Positions 35,597-42,047 of a DNA stretch of 42,047 nt are shown in pieces. The translations under genes and the position numbers were made by a program. The stretch comes from an uncultured Chthoniobacterales bacterium (lineage in GTDB: Bacteria > Verrucomicrobiota > Verrucomicrobiia > Chthoniobacterales > SZAS-18), in contig CAXUHC010000002.1 of NCBI GenBank assembly GCA_964250705.1, positions 1-42,047 of the forward strand, given 5' to 3'. Below the pieces are notes generated by a model. It was not told the origin of the DNA. It saw nothing but the letters and a program-made list of their open reading frames with translations, and did no database searches. Within the stretch, counting starts at the first letter, position 1; the number at the start of each line of letters is the position of its first letter.

Positions 35597-36285
35597 GCCC
35601 ACATTCTTTTGCTCCGAGGGATTATCTCGATCTGGAACACACCGCTCACCGCGTATTGTTTGAGCATACGGAGACCGTCTGGGGCGCGCTCGAAAAAATC
35701 GCGAACTATCTCCAGTTCAGTCTTCGCCCCGGTTTCGAGGGCGAAATGGTGGGCAAGCCTTTCATCGGCGAAAACGTTTTCGTCGGCGAGGGCACGATCA
35801 TCGAACACGGCGCGATGATCAAAGGTCCCGCGTGGATCGGGGCGAACTGCCATGTGCGCAACGGGTGCTACATCCGCGAAAACGTCATCGTGGGTAACGA
35901 TGCGGTGCTGGGAAATTCTTGCGAGTTCAAAAACTGTCTGTTATTCGACGGTGCTCAGGTGCCGCACTTCAATTACGTGGGCGATTCCATCCTGGGATAC
36001 CGGAGCCATCTGGGAGCGGGCGCGATTCTTTCCAACGTGCGTCTCGATCACGGCGAGATCGCCGTCGAAACCGGCGACGGCGGCAAGGTGAACACTGGCT
36101 TGCGCAAATTCGGCGCGGTTTTGGGCGACTACGCCGAAGTAGGCTGCAACGCGGTGCTCAATCCGGGCTCCGTCGTTGGTCGGCGCGCGGTCATCTACCC
36201 CGGCGCTCAGTGGCGCGGAGTGCTTCCGGCAAACAGCATCGCCAAGTTCCGCCAGAGCTACAGCATCCTGGCGCGCCACGATTGA
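35593..36285 (+). CDS. GlmU-related left-handed beta-helix (hexapeptide) acetyltransferase without a nucleotidyltransferase domain
   Basis: Hexapeptide repeats, EFKN, HFNYVGDSILG, RKFGAVLGD. Overlaps the cysS stop (ATGA). Confidence 0.8.
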   Translation: MSPHSFAPRDYLDLEHTAHRVLFEHTETVWGALEKIANYLQFSLRPGFEGEMVGKPFIGENVFVGEGTIIEHGAMIKGPAWIGANCHVRNGCYIRENVIVGNDAVLGNSCEFKNCLLFDGAQVPHFNYVGDSILGYRSHLGAGAILSNVRLDHGEIAVETGDGGKVNTGLRKFGAVLGDYAEVGCNAVLNPGSVVGRRAVIYPGAQWRGVLPANSIAKFRQSYSILARHD

Positions 36286-36294
36286 GGGGTTGCC

Positions 36295-37416
36295 TCAGCG
36301 CCGGGCGGGCAAAGCCTTGCGGTGAATCCACACGCTCTGCACGATGCCGAGCGCGAACATGATAATCATGACGAACGTCCCGCCGTAACTGATGATCGGC
36401 AAAGGCAGACCGGCAATCGGCGTGAGCGAGATCGTCATCCCCGCGTTCATGAAGATGTGCGTAAAAAACAGCGCGACCGTACCTACCACCAGCAGCAGGC
36501 CGAGTTGATCCTGTGCCTGGTAAGCGACGTACAGCGCGACGACGATCAACGCGGCGAAGGTGACGAGTAACACCGCGCCACCGACGAATCCGTAAGCCTC
36601 ACCAATCACCGAAAAAATGAAATCGGTGTGTGCGATGGTCGGTGGCAGCAGATTTTGCTCGACGAGCGTGTCATGGGCCTTGAAGCCCTTGCCGTGCCAC
36701 CCACCGGAGCCGATGGCCGTCAACGATTGGTTGATCGTCCAGCCCGCGTTGAGCGGGTCGGCGTCGGGATCAAGAAAAGTGGTCAGGCGTTTGTATTGAA
36801 AATCCTTGAGGAAGTGCGCCGCGATGGGCATCACCGCCGAGACCGACAGCATGATCGCCAGCAGATATCGGATCGGCATTCCGCCCACGAAAAGCATCGC
36901 CATCATCACCGGGCCCCACACGATGACGCCTCCAAGCTGCGGCTGGATCGCCACGAGCAACACCGGCGGCCCGGCGATCAAGCCACAAAGCAGGAGTTTG
37001 AGCATCGGATGCATCCGGCGATATTCGCTCAGGAGCAGGGCAATGATCATGATGCCGCCCAGGATCGCAAGTTGGGACGGCTGCAAACTGAAACCCCCGT
37101 ATTCGAGCCAGCTTTTCGCGCCGTAGTGGGTTTTGCCGACGAATTTGCACGCGACCAGTAGCACCACGCCGCAGATGTAAACCGGCAGTGCCCCCCATTT
37201 GATCCACCGGTAATCCACCAGACTGACGGTGAAAAAGACGACCATGCTGACCGCGATCCAGATCGTCTGCTTGCGGGCGGACTGCGCCAGATATGATGTG
37301 GGGTCGCGCATGAACGTCGCGGAATAAATCGCGACGACGCTGAACACGCAAAGGGTGAGCATCAGCGCGACCAACACCCAGTTGAAGCGGAAAAGTTTGC
37401 GGAGGTAGGGATTCAC
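36295..37416 (-). CDS. rodA: SEDS-family peptidoglycan glycosyltransferase (RodA-like)
   Basis: Multi-TM protein with GAKSW, QPSQ, QS..AIGSGG..GKG, HTDFIFSVIGE and GLPLPIISYGG. Start is GTG 37416 or ATG 37443. Confidence 0.88.
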   Translation of the reverse strand: MNPYLRKLFRFNWVLVALMLTLCVFSVVAIYSATFMRDPTSYLAQSARKQTIWIAVSMVVFFTVSLVDYRWIKWGALPVYICGVVLLVACKFVGKTHYGAKSWLEYGGFSLQPSQLAILGGIMIIALLLSEYRRMHPMLKLLLCGLIAGPPVLLVAIQPQLGGVIVWGPVMMAMLFVGGMPIRYLLAIMLSVSAVMPIAAHFLKDFQYKRLTTFLDPDADPLNAGWTINQSLTAIGSGGWHGKGFKAHDTLVEQNLLPPTIAHTDFIFSVIGEAYGFVGGAVLLVTFAALIVVALYVAYQAQDQLGLLLVVGTVALFFTHIFMNAGMTISLTPIAGLPLPIISYGGTFVMIIMFALGIVQSVWIHRKALPARR

Positions 37417-37476
37417 GGGGTCATGCTTTCCGGCGCGGGCCATTTTAGCCGGGAACCAGCCTTTCCGCAATTTCGT

Positions 37477-38244
37477 TCATACCGCCGCAGCCAGCAGCCG
37501 TTTCGTGTAGGCATGCTGTGGATTTCTGTAAATCGAGTCGGCGCTGGCGGATTCCACGATGGTTCCGTGGTGCATGACGAGCACGAAATCGCTGATGTGT
37601 TCGACCACGGCGAGGTCGTGCGCGATGAAGAGATAGGTCAAACCCAGTTGCTCTTGCAGGTCCTGGAGCAGGTTGACGATCTGCGCCTGCACGCTGACGT
37701 CCAGGGCGCTGACAGGTTCATCGCAAACGATGAACTTGGACCGCGCCGCGAGCGCCCGTGCGATACCGATGCGTTGACGCTGGCCGCCGCTGAACTCGTG
37801 CGGGAAGCGCGCAGCCGTCTCGCGCGGCAACCCTACCTGGTCGAGCAATTCCATCACCCGCGCCCGGCGTTCGGCCCGGGTCTGGTCGCGGCAGTGAATT
37901 TCCATCGGTTCGGCGACGATGGACTCCACGCGCTGCCGTGGGTTCAGAGAGTTGAACGGGTCCTGAAAAATCATCTGGATTTCGCGGCGCACCGGACGGA
38001 ACTCCCGTTCCGGCATCGCCAGAATTTCCCGTCCGTCAAATTGCACCTCGCCACTCAGCGCCGCCGTCGTAGGAGTCAGTTTGAGCAAGGCCCGGCCAAT
38101 CGTTGTCTTGCCGCTGCCGCTCTCGCCCACGAGGCCGACCGTGGTCCCCGCCTGCACGGTGAAGCTCACGCTTTGCACCGCGCGGATGCTGCCTCCCGGC
38201 ACGGGGAAGGTGACGCTGAGATTTTGAACGTCAAGCAATGCCAC
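37477..38244 (-). CDS. ABC transporter ATP-binding protein, DppF/OppF-like, stand-alone
   Basis: [55 protein letters not shown]. Confidence 0.9.
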   Translation of the reverse strand: MALLDVQNLSVTFPVPGGSIRAVQSVSFTVQAGTTVGLVGESGSGKTTIGRALLKLTPTTAALSGEVQFDGREILAMPEREFRPVRREIQMIFQDPFNSLNPRQRVESIVAEPMEIHCRDQTRAERRARVMELLDQVGLPRETAARFPHEFSGGQRQRIGIARALAARSKFIVCDEPVSALDVSVQAQIVNLLQDLQEQLGLTYLFIAHDLAVVEHISDFVLVMHHGTIVESASADSIYRNPQHAYTKRLLAAAV

Positions 38245-38434
38245 GTCAAAGATGAAGAATACCCGCCAGCATTGCCACCACCGCGTGGCCGATAAATCGC
38301 ACTACCATGAAAGTTATCTCGATGCCTCCTTCAAAAATAAAAGTGACGAGAAATTCCCCAATCGACCCCGACGCATCGTGATCTCCGGATCGTTTATTAC
38401 CAAGCATGGCGACGCGCTCCGATGGTTGGCCCCG

Positions 38435-39235
38435 TTACCCACCGCGCAGAAATCCCGTCAGCGGACTCGTCGCGCTGGCGGTCTCCCTGCGCAAACCGAG
38501 CCCGACCTCGTAGGCGTCCCGCCCCGCCTCGACCGCCATGCGGAATGCCCGCGCCATTCGAACCGGATCGTCCGCCACGGCGATGGCGGTGTTGACAAGC
38601 ACCGCGTCCGCTCCCATTTCCAACGCGGCGGCGGCTTGGCTTGGCGCCCCGATGCCCGCGTCCACCACCACGGGCACGGTCGCCTGCTCGATGATGATCG
38701 CAATTTGCGCGCGTGTTTCCAACCCCCGGTTGCTGCCGATCGGCGCGCCGAGCGGCATCACCGTTGCCGTGCCGATATCCTGGAGCCGTTTCGCCAGCAC
38801 GGGGTCGGCGTTGATATAAGGCAGCACGATGAAACCTTCCTTCACCAATTGCTCCGCCGCCAGGAAAGTCTCCACCGGGTCAGGTAGCAGGTAACGCGGG
38901 TCGGGATGAATCTCCAGCTTGATCCAGTTCGGCAGTCCCGCCGCCTGGGCCAGACGCGCCAGGCGCACGGCCTCCGCCGCGTTCATCGCGCCGCTGGTAT
39001 TAGGCAGCAGCAGAAACCGCGTGGGGTCGATAAAATCGAGGATGTTGGCAAACGGGTCCTTCTTGCCCGTGAGGTCGGCCCGTCGCAGGGCAACCGTCAC
39101 CAACGCGGTCCCGCTGGCATCCAGAGCGTCGCGCATGGCGTCGTTCGACGAAAATTTGCCGGTGCCAAGCAGCAAGCGCGACGAAAACTCGCGGCCTGCA
39201 ATGGTCAACTTGGAGGGTTTGTCGGACATTGGCAT
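38435..39235 (-). CDS. thiG: Thiazole synthase
   Basis: [46 protein letters not shown]. Confidence 0.97.
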   Translation of the reverse strand: MPMSDKPSKLTIAGREFSSRLLLGTGKFSSNDAMRDALDASGTALVTVALRRADLTGKKDPFANILDFIDPTRFLLLPNTSGAMNAAEAVRLARLAQAAGLPNWIKLEIHPDPRYLLPDPVETFLAAEQLVKEGFIVLPYINADPVLAKRLQDIGTATVMPLGAPIGSNRGLETRAQIAIIIEQATVPVVVDAGIGAPSQAAAALEMGADAVLVNTAIAVADDPVRMARAFRMAVEAGRDAYEVGLGLRRETASATSPLTGFLRGG

Positions 39236-39308
39236 CAGGGCAAACTGCTCTGCTACCCTAGCGATTTTCGTTCACCCGGCAAGGCGTCATCGCTATCGTG
39301 ACGCCAGG

Positions 39309-40337
39309 ATGCCAGCCACGGAAAATCAGCTCCATTGCGGCGATAATCTGGAAATCCTGGCGTCCTGCGTCGCTGCCGAAAGCGTGGATTTGTGTTACGT
39401 CGATCCGCCCTTCTTTTCTCAGCGTAATTATTACCGGAACACCCCGCGTCTTGCCGGAACGCTTCCTCGCTCGCACGCTTTCACCGACCGCTGGGCTTGG
39501 GATCGAACCGCCGCGCGCGATTATGTCTACGTCAGCGGCGGCGGTGAGGCGGGGTTTACTACCCAATCCGCTGCTCTGCTCACCGGGTTACACGGCGTCT
39601 TGGGCCAAGGTCCGCTCCTCGCCTACCTCGTTGGCCTGACGCGACGGATTGCCGCCATTTGGCGCGTCCTCGGGCCGTGCGGCACTTTTTACCTTCACGT
39701 CGATCCCACGGCCTCGCACTACCTCAAGCTCGTCTGCGACAGTATCTTCTGCCCTCCCGGCGGCGAGTTCCGCAACGAGATTATCTGGAGCTACGAGACC
39801 GGAGGGCGCGGCGCCCGCGACTTCGCCTGGAAGCACGACACTATCCTGCGCTACGCGAAATCGAGAACCTGGACGTTCGATAGCGCAGCGGTCCTGCTCC
39901 CTCGGGCACAGACCCGGCGCAACCACATGAAGCGCGGCCTCGATCCCGACGGCCGTGCTTACAGTTCGATCACTTCCGCCGGCAAAACCTACCGCTACTA
40001 TGAAGACGCAGGCGTCATCCCGTCCGACGTTTGGACCGACCTGAGCCATTTGCAGCAGAAAGACCCCGAACGTCTCGGCTACCCGACGCAAAAACCTGCG
40101 GCCCTGCTCGAACGCATTATTCGCGCGAGCAGCGCCGCGGACGACACCGTGCTCGACGCCTACTGTGGAAGTGGCACGACGCTCGCCGTCGCGCAGAAAC
40201 TCGGCCGTCGGTGGATTGGTATCGACCTGTCGCCGGATGCCATCGCACTCACGCGCGCCCGTCTCCAGAGTCTGCCGCCGTCCCCGGATGTTCCGCCTGC
40301 CGCGCCAGCAGCCACAGCAAATCCGACACCCGGTTGA
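39309..40337 (+). CDS. Orphan beta-class N4/N6 DNA methyltransferase
   Basis: GDNLE, motif IV DPPF before motif I DAYCGSGTT, with YPTQKP..LLERII. Start at ATG 39309. Confidence 0.9.
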   Translation: MPATENQLHCGDNLEILASCVAAESVDLCYVDPPFFSQRNYYRNTPRLAGTLPRSHAFTDRWAWDRTAARDYVYVSGGGEAGFTTQSAALLTGLHGVLGQGPLLAYLVGLTRRIAAIWRVLGPCGTFYLHVDPTASHYLKLVCDSIFCPPGGEFRNEIIWSYETGGRGARDFAWKHDTILRYAKSRTWTFDSAAVLLPRAQTRRNHMKRGLDPDGRAYSSITSAGKTYRYYEDAGVIPSDVWTDLSHLQQKDPERLGYPTQKPAALLERIIRASSAADDTVLDAYCGSGTTLAVAQKLGRRWIGIDLSPDAIALTRARLQSLPPSPDVPPAAPAATANPTPG

Positions 40338-40818
40338 CGTACTGCAACAGCAAGGGCCGTATCACGCTGCCAGCCTCGCGCATGGCCACGAGTTGACGCT
40401 CCGCGCGCCGTGCGGCGACTCGTGCCAGGTCCAGCGCCGCTGCCGGGACCGTCGCGCCGGGCGTCGCCCAACCGTCGAAACGCAACGGCGGCTCGCCTTT
40501 CTCCAGGGCATGGATCGCGGCGTCGATCCGCGCCAGCGCCTCCGGTGTCAGCGAACCGAATTTGCTGGCCAGATAGCGCTCCTGGTCGGCGTCGTCCGCT
40601 GCCAGTTCGCCCATGACGACCACGAGTTCCTTCTGGATGGCTTCCAGTTTTTCTCGGACCCCTCCGTCGGCGTTGACCGCTTTGGCTTGTCCGAGGGCGG
40701 CATTTAATTCATCCAGCCGTCCGACCGCCTCGACACGCGGATGATTTTTCGGAACGCGTTGTCCGTAAATAAGGCCGGTCGTTCCGTCGTCGCCGGTGCG
40801 TGTTGCGATGGAAGCCAT
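40249..40818 (-). CDS. PduO-type ATP:cob(I)alamin adenosyltransferase
   Basis: IATRTGDDGTTGL..G.RV.K, G.LDELNA, AR..ARRAER, Y.NR.SD.L..LAR. Confidence 0.93.
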   Translation of the reverse strand: MASIATRTGDDGTTGLIYGQRVPKNHPRVEAVGRLDELNAALGQAKAVNADGGVREKLEAIQKELVVVMGELAADDADQERYLASKFGSLTPEALARIDAAIHALEKGEPPLRFDGWATPGATVPAAALDLARVAARRAERQLVAMREAGSVIRPLLLQYVNRVSDLLWLLARQAEHPGTAADSGDGRA

Positions 40819-40892
40819 GATGTCACAGGGAACCAAGCGGCCCGTGCGTGCCGATTTCGTCGTGGTAGTTCAATCTTGAATCATTTGCACAC

Positions 40893-41927
40893 ATGGAATT
40901 TAGACAATTAGGCGGCTCGGGCTTCAAAGTCCCGGTTCTCAGTTTCGGCACCGGCACCTTCGGCGGCAGCGGCGATTTTTTCAAGGCCTGGGGCAGCAGC
41001 GGGGTCGAGGAAGCCACGCGCCTCGTCGATCTTTGCCTGGACGCGGGGTTGAACATGTTCGATTCCGCCGACGTGTATTCCAGAGGGATGGCCGAAGAAA
41101 TCCTCGGCAAGGCGATCAAGGGCCGCCGGGACAAGGTCATCATCAGCACCAAGGCGACTTTTGCCATGACCGAAGCTCCCAACGACGTGGGCAGCTCCCG
41201 CCATCATCTGACGCTCTCGGTCGAAAACGCCCTGCGCCGGTTGGGCACCGATTACATCGACCTTTTCCAGACGCACGGGTTCGACGCCGTGACGCCCGTC
41301 GAGGAAACCATGAACACGCTCGACGGTCTGGTGCGGGCGGGCAAAATCCGTTACCTCGGCTGCTCGAACTACTCGGGTTGGCACCTGATGAAGTACCTTG
41401 CCTACGCCGAGAAATTCAATCTCAGCCGCTTCGTGGCGCACCAGGCGTATTACTCGCTGATCGGCCGGGAATACGAGTGGGAACTGATGCCGTTGGGCCT
41501 GGATCAAAAAGTGGGCGCGGTGGTGTGGAGTCCGCTGGGCTGGGGCCGGTTGACGGGCAAGATCCGGCGCGGTCAGCCGCTGCCGGAAAACAGCCGTCTG
41601 CAATCGAAGCTCGTGACGGAAATCGGCCCGCCCGTGCAGGACGAATACCTTTACAAAGTCGTCGATGCGCTCGACGAGGTTGCGGCTGAAACCGGCAAAA
41701 CGATCCCGCAGGTTTCGATCAACTGGTTGCTCCAGCGCCCGACGGTGGCGAACGTCATCATCGGCGCGCGCAATGAGGAGCAACTCAAGCAAAACCTGGG
41801 TGCCGTCGGCTGGAACCTCACGCCCGAACAGGTCGCCAAGCTGGACGCAGCCAGCGCGCAGACGAAAACCTATCCGTACTGGCACCAGGCAGGTTTTCCC
41901 GAGCGCAATCCGTTCCCGACCGCTTGA
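40893..41927 (+). CDS. Aldo/keto reductase
   Basis: LGGSG..V..L.FGT, DSADVYS.G.AE, STK, LGTDYIDL...H, GKIRYLGCSN, WSPLG.G.LTGK. Confidence 0.95.
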   Translation: MEFRQLGGSGFKVPVLSFGTGTFGGSGDFFKAWGSSGVEEATRLVDLCLDAGLNMFDSADVYSRGMAEEILGKAIKGRRDKVIISTKATFAMTEAPNDVGSSRHHLTLSVENALRRLGTDYIDLFQTHGFDAVTPVEETMNTLDGLVRAGKIRYLGCSNYSGWHLMKYLAYAEKFNLSRFVAHQAYYSLIGREYEWELMPLGLDQKVGAVVWSPLGWGRLTGKIRRGQPLPENSRLQSKLVTEIGPPVQDEYLYKVVDALDEVAAETGKTIPQVSINWLLQRPTVANVIIGARNEEQLKQNLGAVGWNLTPEQVAKLDAASAQTKTYPYWHQAGFPERNPFPTA

Positions 41928-41945
41928 CACCCCGGCGCTCGCTGC

Positions 41946-42047
41946 TTACAAGCCGCACGAACGCCGACGGTTCCAGCCCACGCCACCCATTACCAACAGG
42001 GCGCTTATCATCGCAACGACCACCGAGGGCTCCGGCACGGCGAACGG
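41946..42047 (-). CDS. C-terminus of a PEP-CTERM (exosortase-target) protein; gene runs off the window end
   Basis: Not in the ORF track. Manual translation gives PFAVPEPSVVVAMISALLVMGGVGWNRRRSCGL*, i.e. VPEP + hydrophobic helix + RRR. Confidence 0.85.
   Translation of the reverse strand, partial: PFAVPEPSVVVAMISALLVMGGVGWNRRRSCGL

Noticed and set aside
38288-38381. Perfect sigma28 -10 (GCCGATAA) followed by a 24-codon ORF (MKVISMPPSKIKVTRNSPIDPDAS)
   Set aside because: No -35 at the correct spacing and no RBS or recognisable peptide features.
39236-40892. TPP riboswitch before thiG or cobalamin riboswitch before the PduO-type gene
   Set aside because: Both upstream gaps are only about 75 bp and lack the conserved cores (CUGAGA for TPP; the B12 box).
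1382-41930. Many long alternative-frame or antisense ORFs (e.g. 1382..2359, 5726..7024, 10870..12444, 14188..15687, 17648..19138, 28878..30452, 40908..41930)
   Set aside because: Shadow ORFs of well-supported genes in GC-rich DNA, with no recognisable motifs.

Overview
GC-rich bacterial window, most likely PVC superphylum/Verrucomicrobiota. This is inferred from a double-length UvrA, RNase HIII, a K/A-rich histone-like protein, a PEP-CTERM tail and an Opitutae-style short flagellin. Positions 1-19.4 kb are a flagellar cluster: partial flgB, a sigma54-driven hypothetical gene, an NtrC-type activator, fliC, a TPR+GT41 glycosyltransferase, fliD, a lipoprotein, flgM-like, fliS, fliT-like, a sensor-less pseudo-histidine kinase, a degenerate REC-HD-GYP protein, flgFGAHIJN and flgKL. 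Its regulation is readable from the DNA: four sigma54 promoters, four sigma28 promoters, GGNA-N5-TNCC enhancer-like dyads and CsrA-like sites in the flagellin leader. Positions 19.4-42 kb are housekeeping: uvrA, an HU/IHF gene, rnhC, mutY, trpB, yicC-gmk-coaC-coaB, a histone-like gene, suhB, ispF, cysS, a GlmU-like acetyltransferase, rodA, an ABC ATPase, thiG, an orphan DNA methyltransferase, a PduO-type adenosyltransferase, an aldo/keto reductase and a partial PEP-CTERM gene. The best novelty candidates are the pseudo-kinase/pseudo-phosphodiesterase pair in the flagellar late operon, a GT41 flagellin-glycosylation locus, a cysteine-free FlgH with an orphan lipoprotein, a rod-shaped 6S-like ncRNA candidate between uvrA and the HU gene, and tandem NrdR-like boxes upstream of the histone-like gene. 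No rRNA, tRNA, CRISPR array or mobile element was seen. All calls come from manual motif recognition; no database searches were run.
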